Shown: positions 10,116 to 20,252 of the stretch, piece by piece
How positions within the stretch are numbered: the first letter of the stretch is position 1
How the letters are laid out: each line of letters opens with the position of its first letter
Assembly (NCBI GenBank): GCA_913043225.1
Contig: CAJWLU010000007.1
Location: 1-64,000 of the forward strand
DNA length: 64,000 nucleotides
Reading direction: 5' to 3'
Source: an uncultured Acidobacteriota bacterium
Lineage (GTDB): Bacteria; Acidobacteriota; Vicinamibacteria; Vicinamibacterales; UBA8438
The notes under the pieces: generated by a model
What the model saw: only the letters and a program-made list of their open reading frames with translations
What the model was told of the DNA's origin: nothing
The model's database searches: none
Position numbers and translations under genes: made by a program

Positions 10116-12292
10116 CGCAACCCCCACCGCCGTCGGAGCGCCCACTCGGCCAATAGCAGACCGACCAGGAGCACGAAAACCCAGACCGTGTCCCACAGTT
10201 CGACCGCGGTGGTCGCGGACCGGGCAGCCAACCGCTCGGCCAGCGCCTCGCGAAGCAACGGCGCCTCATCCAGGTCGAATCGACGGCCGCCAGTCTCCAC
10301 GGCCAGCTGCTCCAGTACCGACTCCTGCAGCCCCGGCTCGGCAAGCTCGGGGTCGGCCCCACCGACGAGCACCATCGACTCCGCCCGGTCGGTCGCCTCA
10401 GTGTCACCCTGCACCTCGGTGGTCACCCGATGGACCCCTGCGGCAAGGGAGTCAGCGACGGCCAGATAGCGTCCCGGTTCTTCAGGAATCGCGACCGCGG
10501 GGACCCGGCTCACTCGTCCGTCGGGCCCTTCGAATCGGACCGAGACCTGAGCCGCGTGGCGAGGAGCGTAGCTCGGGTCCCGCGCATGCACCCGCACTTC
10601 GACGCCGTCTCCGGCGGCGCGCCCTCCCCTGACCTCAACCTCGAGCGGCTCGGGTGACTCATCGGCCAGCCAGCGCGTCGCCTGCCGCCAGAAGCGCTCA
10701 TAGGTGTCGTCGTCCGCCTCGGCCAGCATCTGCCAGCGCCAGGAGGCATCGGCAGCAAAGAGCATCACCCGACCGGCACCCAGCCGCTGCACCGCCACCG
10801 CGGGGAGCAGCCCGCCCCGGTCATCCTGGGCGTGGAGCAAGACCGTCGCTCCGGGTGCGGCCGGTCCCAACCTCGCCACCGCTCCCAGCGGCGGCACCTC
10901 GCGCCACCGGGTGCCGAGATCGCCCGTCCCGAGTTGGGTAATCGGATGTGTGTGCCCGCCGTCTGCCAGCGAGACCAGCCGGGCGCGGCGGTTCGCTTCG
11001 GAGCCGCCAATGCGCACCTGGCGCCCGCCGACCTCCGGCACCAGCGGGAGCAGATCGGCCAGCCCGAGGTCACGCCACCCACTCCCCTCCACGGCGCGGG
11101 TCCCAAGCACCAGTAGGCCACCACCCCGCTCACTGACGAAATCGCGCAACATCTCCGCCTGCACCGACCGCAAGAGGGACACATCGAGATTGGCCAGAAT
11201 CACGGCGTCGTAACGGAACAACGCTTCGACCGTCTCGGGAAAGCCCTGGGCCAGCGCACCGGCGCTCGGCGCCCGGCTCTGGATGTAGAACGTCCGCTCG
11301 CCGCGGTCGTTCCGTCCCTTCTCGATGACGGCATCAATCTCCACGCCGTCGTCGGCGCGCAGAACACGTTTCAGGAAGCTGTGCTCGTAGCCCGGTCCCC
11401 CCTCGACGAGCAGGACCCGACGCGGGCGAGCGGCACGCGGCACGAGCACGGAACGGCGGTTGTTCGCAGCCACGGCCTCGCCCGGCAGCACCGGCAACTC
11501 GACGGTGTAGCGCGTGGCCCGCTCGGGGGGTGGCGCCACCGCGAGTCGATGGAGCACCGGCACGTCGTCATCGGCCGTCGCCTCCATTACCCTGAGCAGG
11601 CGGCCGTCTTCGAGCACCCTCACCTCGAGCGCCCGTCCCGCGTAACCGCGCGCGACGAGGGTCACGCTCAGCTCGGCCGCCGAAGCTGCCGTCACGCCCG
11701 CTGCCACCCGGAGATCGACCACCGCCTGATCCGGGGCCACACTCCTCGCCCCGACGCCGAGGGTGAAGACGGGCGGTCCGTCACCGAGAACGGTCGTCGT
11801 CTCGCCAGTCTCGCCGCCATCGGTCAGTAGCACCACCGCGGGCGCCGCTGGATACCGCTCCCGTATCTCCATCACCGCATCTCGCAGCCGGCTGCGAGGC
11901 ACCTCGGCCGGCACGGTCTCAGCCGCGACCGGCACCACCCCGTCGCCCACCCCGAAGAGGCTGATGGTCACCAGCTCGCCGTCCAGGTGCTCGGCGACCC
12001 AGGAGACCGCGGCCTCGAGACGGCCCCGTCCGTCAACATCTGCCACCGCCATACTGCGCGAGTGATCGATCAGCACCGGGACGACCTGATCAGCGCCCGA
12101 CGAAACGAGACGCACCGGCTGGGCGAGACACAGCAGCAGGAGGAGCAGGGAGAGGGCCCGCAGGGCGCTCAGCCACAGCCGCTGCGAGAGGGAGCCCCCG
12201 AGGCGCACGCACGCACGATAGACGACGACGCCCGCCAGCAGCATGGCGAGCAGCGTGAGCCACGGTGACAGTGGGGCCGCGAAACGCATCAT
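10112..12292 (-). CDS. Membrane protein with vWA and GATase1-like domains (MoxR-associated)
   Basis: DHSRSM MIDAS, LLTDG, YDAVILAN, RGGGLLVLG, C-terminal EWALRRRWG; ATGA overlap. Confidence 0.8.
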   Translation of the reverse strand: MMRFAAPLSPWLTLLAMLLAGVVVYRACVRLGGSLSQRLWLSALRALSLLLLLLCLAQPVRLVSSGADQVVPVLIDHSRSMAVADVDGRGRLEAAVSWVAEHLDGELVTISLFGVGDGVVPVAAETVPAEVPRSRLRDAVMEIRERYPAAPAVVLLTDGGETGETTTVLGDGPPVFTLGVGARSVAPDQAVVDLRVAAGVTAASAAELSVTLVARGYAGRALEVRVLEDGRLLRVMEATADDDVPVLHRLAVAPPPERATRYTVELPVLPGEAVAANNRRSVLVPRAARPRRVLLVEGGPGYEHSFLKRVLRADDGVEIDAVIEKGRNDRGERTFYIQSRAPSAGALAQGFPETVEALFRYDAVILANLDVSLLRSVQAEMLRDFVSERGGGLLVLGTRAVEGSGWRDLGLADLLPLVPEVGGRQVRIGGSEANRRARLVSLADGGHTHPITQLGTGDLGTRWREVPPLGAVARLGPAAPGATVLLHAQDDRGGLLPAVAVQRLGAGRVMLFAADASWRWQMLAEADDDTYERFWRQATRWLADESPEPLEVEVRGGRAAGDGVEVRVHARDPSYAPRHAAQVSVRFEGPDGRVSRVPAVAIPEEPGRYLAVADSLAAGVHRVTTEVQGDTEATDRAESMVLVGGADPELAEPGLQESVLEQLAVETGGRRFDLDEAPLLREALAERLAARSATTAVELWDTVWVFVLLVGLLLAEWALRRRWGLR

Positions 12293-15200
12293 CGACTCGG
12301 AGCGGACCTCGAGACCGCAGCGCCCGCCAGGCCACGATAGTAGGCATCGACCAGCGCCCGATAGCGGTCCGGCACCGGATCGCCGGCCCCAGGGGCGAGT
12401 CGATCCGACTCGTCCAGCGCGGCGAGCGCCGAGGCACGTTCGGCCTCGAACTGACCGAGCGCCGTGTCGAGATGACGCCGCAGCGTCACCCACACCGACG
12501 GATCGATCCCGGCCGGATCGGTGCCCGGCGCCGAGGACGACCTCCACTGCTCGGCCCAGCGGTCTAGATCCCCTGCCAGCTCTGGCAACTGGCGACGCAG
12601 CGCGGCGAGCACACCCGGCGCACCGGCCAGCCGGTCGATCACAGCCTGGCGCGCGTCCATCCCGGCGTCCCCGTCCTGACCCGTAGTGGTCGACTGACCC
12701 GATTGGGTCGGGGCATCCGACTCGGCGCCCGTCGGCTCTCCGGCTTGCGGCCCCGTCTGTGCCGAGTCAGTGTCACCATCCAGCGCCTCGAGAGCCTGAC
12801 GCAGCCCACGTGCGGCTTCCAGGTCAGCCAGCAGCTGGCGGCGCTCCCGGTCGGCGGTGGCCGCCACCCGAAGCTCTCCCGCCACGGCCTCGAGGATAGC
12901 CGCGAAGGCAGCCGCCTCGTCGGCCTCGGCTGCGTCGCGCATCCGCGCCTCGATCGCTTGCTCCTCCAACGTCCGCCCGACCCCCGCTGCCGGGTGACTC
13001 GAGTCGCCACCGACTAGCGCATCCAGCGACTCCTGCAGCCGGGCGACCCGATCCGCCAGCTCCTTCTGCCGGTCGCCCAGCCGGTCGCTAAATGCCTCAC
13101 TCCGACGGCCCTCGGCCTCGGCGGCCAGGTCCCGCTGGTCCTCGGCCAGCGTCTGGGCATCCCGCTGCAACTCACCGAGACGATCCTGGTCGTTGGCGCC
13201 ACCACCCAGCTCGCGCTGGAGCTCTCGGAGTGCATCGAGAGCGCGCGCTCCGCTCGCGCTCGCCGCCCCTGTGTCGTCTCGACGCAGCTCGCGCATCGCC
13301 TGGCGCATCTCGTCGGCAACCTCGCCCGGCACTCCGGTCCCCGACTGGCCTGACTCACTCCCGCTCGCCTGCGAGTCGCCCAGCTCCTCGCCCACTCGCT
13401 CGAGCTCGTCGCGTAGCGCCTGTTGTTCGCGCAACAGGCGCGCCAACTCACGACGACGCTCCTCGGGAGCGAGGTCCGCCTGCTCGCCGAGACGCTGGTT
13501 CAGCTCCGCCTGCCGCTCGGCCAGCGACCGCAGACGCTCGATCGCCTCACTCGGCTCGGACGCCGACTCCGCGCTCGCCCGCCGCTCGGTCTCGTAGTTC
13601 GTTTCCTGGTCCCGTCGCAACTCGCGGTCGAACAGCGCCGACAGATCCTCCTGGGCGCCGGAACCAGCCCCTCCCGACGCGCGCTGTGATGACACCTGCC
13701 GGCGTCGGATGGCCGCCTGCGCGCGAAGCAGCTCGTTGAGGGCCGTCATCTCGTGAGGAATCGCCTCGGCTACCGAATGCGCCTCGAGAGCCCGCTCCGC
13801 CCGGCTCATGGCCTCGACGGCCGCCGCCATGGCCGCGTTCTGTGGATCCGGTCCCGAGACCCCTCGAACGGCGTCTGGCCCCTGGCCGAGGGCCTGCTCC
13901 GCCGCCCGCCCGGCCTCGAGCCTCAGCTCGGCCTGGGCCTCGGCCACCGCGCGGATGTCGGCGTCGACGGCCTCGCTCCGCGCTTGCGACTCGAGACGCC
14001 AGCTCGCCACGATGATCTCCTTCTGCACCGTGGCCAACCGACCGATGTCCTGCATCGCCTGCCCCGCCCCGGACTGGCTCTGCGCCTCCTCGAACTCGTT
14101 ATCGAACGGCCTGACCTCCAGGAAGAAGATATCGGAACGGGCGGTGCCGAGCGCGGCCGGCCCGGGACCGGCCGCCTGGACGAAGAAGGTGATGAAGTCG
14201 CCGGGCGCCACGTCGAGGTCTTCGACATACAGCGTGCGTGCCCCTTCCACGGTCGCGCCGGCGACGGTGTCGAACTCGACCGTGCGCTCGGTGCCGCCCG
14301 ACACGGTGTAGACGAGAGCGAGCCGGTCGACGAAGTGGTCGTCGCGGGCGCGAGCCTCGATGGTCACTTCCTCGAGCGACGTGATCTCGCGGTCGCCGCC
14401 GGGCCGCACGACCGTCACCACCGGGGGCCGATCGATCGTGGCGCGGATGAAGTACTCGACCGGCGCAACATTGCCAAGTCCGTCGGCCGAGGTCACAGCG
14501 ACCCGATAGCTCCCATCGGACTCCACCCCGAACACTGGACTCCGGATCTCACCGTCAGTGACGGACAATGCCAGCTGTCGCCCGTCATCGAACTCCACCA
14601 CTCCGGCGGTAATCGGCTCGTTCGTCTCGATGCGGAGACGAACACGGGTCCCCACCGGCGCGTAGATGTCTCCGCCGTCCTCCTCGACCCGCGTCCCAAG
14701 TCCCGTGTACCCCGGGTACTTGTGGGTCACGTCGACCCGCTCGACTCGTGGCGGGACAAGCGCATCGATCCAGAACTCGGGAGACGTGAAGGCCGCCAGC
14801 CCAACCTGATAGACCACGTCTCGCTCGATCGCCGGAATCTCAGCCGCCCACCCGTCGCCAGCAGGCGCCATCCGCACCTCGACGACGCCCTGCTCGTCAG
14901 TCAGCCGGACCGCCGGCGCATCGCTGGTGCCCTCGGCGACCCAGGAGGGCTCACCGGTCAGCGTGGCTCGAACCCGCACCGTCTCACCCACCGGCACCCG
15001 CACGTCGCCGGGCTCGACGGCCAGGCTCACGCCCGCAGGCGCCGAGTACAACCAGACCAGCCGCGCCATCCGACCCCACGACGCCTGGCTCACACTCATC
15101 GCCAGCAGGCACGCGACGGCGGCGAGCGCGGCGCGGCCCATGGCTCCGCGCACCTGGCGGTCAGGCACGACCAAACTCGGGTCGAGAATCTGGAGACGCT

Positions 15201-15579
15201 CGACCGCGTCCCGGAGCAGCAGGTGATGAAGCGGTGACTCTGGCGGATCAGCCACGGCGGTTGCCGTGACCACGCGATCGTCGAGATCGGAGCACCGTTC
15301 CTCCACCAGACGGGCCACCTGCCGGTCGGACGGTCGGGTACGCACCCGCCAAGCCTCGAACCCGGCGAGCGCCACGATCGAGAACCCAAGGAACCCGCCG
15401 AGCAGCAGCAACGGGACGTCGGCCGGCGCGAGCGTGACATCGACACCCCGCAACAGCAGCAACGCGAGGGCACCACCGCCGGCCCAGCGCCCGAACGCCC
15501 GGAGGCGTCGCGCGAGCGCCCAGCGGCGGCGCACGAGGTGCAGGCGCCGTGTCAGCTCTGCCCGATGCCCGTCTGGCAT
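12289..15579 (-). CDS. DUF4175-like membrane-anchored Ig/coiled-coil protein
   Basis: N-terminal TMs, YPGYTG, DRPPVV, ARDDH, long Q/E/A coiled coil, C-terminal VPDRYRALVDAYYR. Confidence 0.75.
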   Translation of the reverse strand: MPDGHRAELTRRLHLVRRRWALARRLRAFGRWAGGGALALLLLRGVDVTLAPADVPLLLLGGFLGFSIVALAGFEAWRVRTRPSDRQVARLVEERCSDLDDRVVTATAVADPPESPLHHLLLRDAVERLQILDPSLVVPDRQVRGAMGRAALAAVACLLAMSVSQASWGRMARLVWLYSAPAGVSLAVEPGDVRVPVGETVRVRATLTGEPSWVAEGTSDAPAVRLTDEQGVVEVRMAPAGDGWAAEIPAIERDVVYQVGLAAFTSPEFWIDALVPPRVERVDVTHKYPGYTGLGTRVEEDGGDIYAPVGTRVRLRIETNEPITAGVVEFDDGRQLALSVTDGEIRSPVFGVESDGSYRVAVTSADGLGNVAPVEYFIRATIDRPPVVTVVRPGGDREITSLEEVTIEARARDDHFVDRLALVYTVSGGTERTVEFDTVAGATVEGARTLYVEDLDVAPGDFITFFVQAAGPGPAALGTARSDIFFLEVRPFDNEFEEAQSQSGAGQAMQDIGRLATVQKEIIVASWRLESQARSEAVDADIRAVAEAQAELRLEAGRAAEQALGQGPDAVRGVSGPDPQNAAMAAAVEAMSRAERALEAHSVAEAIPHEMTALNELLRAQAAIRRRQVSSQRASGGAGSGAQEDLSALFDRELRRDQETNYETERRASAESASEPSEAIERLRSLAERQAELNQRLGEQADLAPEERRRELARLLREQQALRDELERVGEELGDSQASGSESGQSGTGVPGEVADEMRQAMRELRRDDTGAASASGARALDALRELQRELGGGANDQDRLGELQRDAQTLAEDQRDLAAEAEGRRSEAFSDRLGDRQKELADRVARLQESLDALVGGDSSHPAAGVGRTLEEQAIEARMRDAAEADEAAAFAAILEAVAGELRVAATADRERRQLLADLEAARGLRQALEALDGDTDSAQTGPQAGEPTGAESDAPTQSGQSTTTGQDGDAGMDARQAVIDRLAGAPGVLAALRRQLPELAGDLDRWAEQWRSSSAPGTDPAGIDPSVWVTLRRHLDTALGQFEAERASALAALDESDRLAPGAGDPVPDRYRALVDAYYRGLAGAAVSRSAPSR

Positions 15580-15590
15580 GCCCAATTCTC

Positions 15591-17462
15591 TCACCCGGCC
15601 TCCGCCCAGCCGGCCCGCCGACTCGCCACGAGCCCCTCGGCGAGCAGCAGCACCAAGGCGGCGGCGAGCAGATATCGCCATAGCCAGTCGTCTGGCGTTG
15701 GGCTCGACACCGGCATCCCCGATCCGAGGTTGGCGGCTGGGAACCGCCGCTCGAAATCCCCGGGCTCCAGCCGGCTCAGATCCGATTCGGCCGGGTCGGC
15801 GTTGACGACGATCCGCTGCTGCTCTCCTCCCTCGGTCACGAGGGAGGCGACGCCCGGTCGATCGGCCACCCCTGGCGGCGTCTCACGCACCAGGAAGGCG
15901 CGGACGAGCGGCGTCTCGGTCGAGAGCGACGCCAGCGCCTCGGTCAGCCAGGGCGCGAAGACCGGCTGGCGAGGCAGGTCGTTCCACTCGCCGGCCAGGT
16001 CCGAGGCCCAGACCAGCACGCGCCCTCGTCCCACCAGATGCTCCACGAGCACGGGGGCGCCGTCATCGAACCGAGCCAGGACGACATCGCCCTCGGCGAT
16101 GGGCCGCGCCCTCGAGAACCGGACGCGATCGAGTGCCGCGGCGAGCCCACCGAGGGCGGTCAGACTGGGATGACGACGCTCGGCCAGCAGAAGGGTTCGG
16201 GGCTCCGCGAAGGTCTCTACCGCACCGACACCGAGATCCGGCTCACCAGCGAACAACCCGTTCACGAGTGCCGAATCGACCGCCTCTCCCCCGACCACCA
16301 GCAACCCGCCTCCGGCTCGAACGAAGGCGTCCAGGTGTGCTCGTCCCCGGCGCGTCAACCGTGTCGTCCCGGCCAGGATCGCGACACCGCCTGGGTCGAG
16401 ACCGGCGTCATCGTCGCTCAGCGAGGCGACCGTCCGCCGCTCTAGGGCAAACCGCCCCACCCCGCCGTCGGGAGCCAGCGCCTGCTCAAGAAACAGGAGC
16501 CCGGCATCGCGCCGCTGGTCCGTCACCAGCTGCACCCGAGGCCGCGGGAGAGGATCGAGCAGGTGGCGACGGACGTTGTCCGCCTCGAAGCCGTCCGGAT
16601 CGGTCGCCCGGACCAGCGCGACCCCTGACGCCTCGGCTGCGACCGGGAACCGGACCGTGTTCGCCCCCGGTTCGACGGTCACGTCCAGCGTGGCGACGGT
16701 CTCGCCGTCAAGCTCCAGCGACACCGCGCTCTCGACCGGCGCTCCCGTCCGAACCACGGTGGCCAGGATCGCGTCCGGTTCGTGCCCCACATCGGTCACG
16801 GCGAGGTTGCCGGGCGGAGGCGCCACCGGCAGCACTTCTACCGACAGACCCAATGACGGTATCGGTATCCCGGGGCTCCATCCGGTCGCCTGCCGGTCGG
16901 TAATCACCACCAGCCGCCCGTCACGTCCGGCCGCCAGATCGGCGGCCGCCACCGCACCGGCCCGGTAGCGCGTCGCACGGGGACGGGGCTCAACCGAGGC
17001 CACGGCGGCTCGGGCGGCGGCCCGCGAGCTGCCCACATCGGCCAGCAGCCGCGCCTCGCTGTCAAAGGCCACGACGGCGACCAGATGATCGGCCGGCGCG
17101 TCATCGATCGCGCTCACAGCCAGGTCACGGGCCTCGGTCACCTGCGCCGGGGTCGACATGCTGAACGAGGTGTCGACGAGCACCACCGTGATCGCCTGTC
17201 CGGTCGGCGCATCCGCGAGATACGGCCGGGCGAACGCCAGCACCAGTAGGAGTAGGGCCGCGACTCGCATCGCGAGCAGGAGGAGGTCGTCCAGCCGACG
17301 TCGGCGGCGCGGCTCTGGCGCCCGCTGCTTCAGGAACCGGGTGTCGCTGAACGGCACGCGCGGCAACCGTTCCCGACGCAACAGGTGCAGGACGATCGGC
17401 ACCGCGATGGCGAGGCCACCAAGTAGAAACGCCGGTGCGAGCAGAGACCAGCCCAGCATCAC
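15591..17462 (-). CDS. BatA N-terminal + vWA domain membrane protein
   Basis: PIVLHLL...LLLAMR...LAFARP BatA motif; DTSFSM MIDAS; VITD. Confidence 0.85.
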   Translation of the reverse strand: MMLGWSLLAPAFLLGGLAIAVPIVLHLLRRERLPRVPFSDTRFLKQRAPEPRRRRRLDDLLLLAMRVAALLLLVLAFARPYLADAPTGQAITVVLVDTSFSMSTPAQVTEARDLAVSAIDDAPADHLVAVVAFDSEARLLADVGSSRAAARAAVASVEPRPRATRYRAGAVAAADLAAGRDGRLVVITDRQATGWSPGIPIPSLGLSVEVLPVAPPPGNLAVTDVGHEPDAILATVVRTGAPVESAVSLELDGETVATLDVTVEPGANTVRFPVAAEASGVALVRATDPDGFEADNVRRHLLDPLPRPRVQLVTDQRRDAGLLFLEQALAPDGGVGRFALERRTVASLSDDDAGLDPGGVAILAGTTRLTRRGRAHLDAFVRAGGGLLVVGGEAVDSALVNGLFAGEPDLGVGAVETFAEPRTLLLAERRHPSLTALGGLAAALDRVRFSRARPIAEGDVVLARFDDGAPVLVEHLVGRGRVLVWASDLAGEWNDLPRQPVFAPWLTEALASLSTETPLVRAFLVRETPPGVADRPGVASLVTEGGEQQRIVVNADPAESDLSRLEPGDFERRFPAANLGSGMPVSSPTPDDWLWRYLLAAALVLLLAEGLVASRRAGWAEAG

Positions 17463-18364
17463 CAGCGACGGCCACGGGTCTCCAGATAGGCCAGGATGGC
17501 CGTATCGAGCGGCGTAGAGGTGTCGATCAGCTGATAGTCCACGTCTGCCAGGCGGAGCTCACGCCGGTAGCGCTCCTGAAGCACCTCCATCTGCTTGAGA
17601 TAGTGCGCGCGCACCTGACCAGGTACCGCGAGGACCTCGTCGTCAGACTCCAGGTCGGCGAATCGGGTCGGCCCTTCGAAGGGAAACGTCCGTTCGGCCG
17701 GATCCAGCACCTGCAGCACCAGCACCTCACACCCCTGGAAGCGCAGGTGCTTCAGCCCCTGGATGATCCCCTCGGGCTCGTCGAGCAGGTCGGACACCAC
17801 CACTACCAGTCCGCGGCGGGTCAGGCGCGCGGCCAGCGCGTCGAGCGGTCGCCGGACGTCGGACCGTTCGGCTGGGGTCACGGTGTCGAGTCGCGCCAGG
17901 AGGCGACGCAGATGACCGGCTCGTGAGCTCGCCGGAAGGGCGTCCACCACCCGGTGGTCGAACAACATCAGGCCGACGGCGTCGCGCTGTCGCTGGACAA
18001 GATAGGCGAGCGCGGCGAGGAGCAGACTCCCGTAGCGCAGCTTGGTGATGGTGCCGGAGCCGTAGCCCATCGACGCACTGACATCCAGCAGGAGGTGACA
18101 CTCGAGGTTCATCTCCTCCTCGAACCGCTTCACATAAAAGCGACCGGTTCTCGCGGCCAGCTTCCAGTCGACGCCGACCGGATCATCCCCGGGCAGGTAG
18201 GGCCGGTACTCGCTGAACTCGACGCTGAACCCTTTGAACGGACTACGGTGCAGCCCGACCAGAACACCCTCGACGACGGTCCGCGCCACCAGCTCCAGCG
18301 ACCCCAACCGCCCGAGCAATTCGGGATCCAGCAACGTCGGCTCGTGTCCCGCTGATGTCGCCAT
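17459..18364 (-). CDS. DUF58 family vWA protein
   Basis: GLHRSPFKGFSVEFSEYRPYLPGDD, DVSASM, VSDL. Confidence 0.93.
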   Translation of the reverse strand: MATSAGHEPTLLDPELLGRLGSLELVARTVVEGVLVGLHRSPFKGFSVEFSEYRPYLPGDDPVGVDWKLAARTGRFYVKRFEEEMNLECHLLLDVSASMGYGSGTITKLRYGSLLLAALAYLVQRQRDAVGLMLFDHRVVDALPASSRAGHLRRLLARLDTVTPAERSDVRRPLDALAARLTRRGLVVVVSDLLDEPEGIIQGLKHLRFQGCEVLVLQVLDPAERTFPFEGPTRFADLESDDEVLAVPGQVRAHYLKQMEVLQERYRRELRLADVDYQLIDTSTPLDTAILAYLETRGRRW

Positions 18365-18406
18365 GCCTTGTGCCCACGGCGGGGCTAAGCTTGTCGGCTG
18401 GAGCGG

Positions 18407-19414
<1,008 letters not shown>

Positions 19415-19421
19415 CGATCCT

Positions 19422-20252
19422 CTAGTGGGTCAACGCGTAGACGACCTCGTTGATCATCATGCGATACGCCTGACCGGTGTAGGTGATGTAGCCGGGATAG
19501 TCCTCGGCGTTCGACCATTCCCAGCCATCACCCATGTCGGTGTTGAAGTTGAAGAGCGCCATCGCCCGACCGTCGTCATCCAGAATGGCGTAGAGTCCTG
19601 CCTCGAAGCCACCCTTCTCCCAGGTCACCCCGTTGAAGAACGACCCAAGCCCGGGAATCTGTGGATACTCTGACAGGTCGTAGAAGCAGGTAAAGATTGG
19701 GTGATCCGGCCCCAGCTTGACGATCTCCCGCTCTGGAAAGACGCGCTTCATCTCCGCGGACACTGTCTCCCACTCCACCGGTCCATGGAAGTCATCGAAG
19801 GTGGCGGTGCCGCCGCGCAGCAGGAACTCGCGGAGGATCTCCACTTCTGGAGGCGTGAGCCGCAAGTTCCCAGGCTCGACGAAGTAGATCCACGGATACT
19901 CCCACAGCCGCTCGTCCTCGAGCGTGATCACCACCGGGTCGTTGACCTCGATCGCGGTCACCCGGCCGAGACGCCGCGACAGGTTCTGCTCGGCGGCGGG
20001 ACCATCGATCGCCCAGGGGTCGCTCCAGTAGAGAGCGCGAAAAGCTCGGAGCTGCTCTTCCCACGACGTGTACTTGATCCGCACGAAGGTCCACTCGAGT
20101 CCATCGAGCTGCACCGTGGGCGTCCCCGAATCGATGTCGGTGATGAGCGCGCCGGGAGGTTGCGCCCGGCCTGTGACAGGCAGCCCCAGCAGGTAAGTCA
20201 GGCCGAGCACCAGCACCAGGCCAGCCTCCGTCGGCCGGACCGGGCGACTCAC
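19422..20252 (-). CDS. DUF4159 domain protein, exported
   Basis: FVRIKY, LREFLLRGG, DDFHG, HPIF, DMGDGWE, YALTH. Confidence 0.85.
   Translation of the reverse strand: MSRPVRPTEAGLVLVLGLTYLLGLPVTGRAQPPGALITDIDSGTPTVQLDGLEWTFVRIKYTSWEEQLRAFRALYWSDPWAIDGPAAEQNLSRRLGRVTAIEVNDPVVITLEDERLWEYPWIYFVEPGNLRLTPPEVEILREFLLRGGTATFDDFHGPVEWETVSAEMKRVFPEREIVKLGPDHPIFTCFYDLSEYPQIPGLGSFFNGVTWEKGGFEAGLYAILDDDGRAMALFNFNTDMGDGWEWSNAEDYPGYITYTGQAYRMMINEVVYALTH

Noticed and set aside
13753..15237. 494-aa plus-strand ORF (also 9222-10469, 9286-10632, 5654-6625, 22019-23047)
   Set aside because: Antisense shadows of well-supported genes in GC-rich DNA; no recognisable motifs
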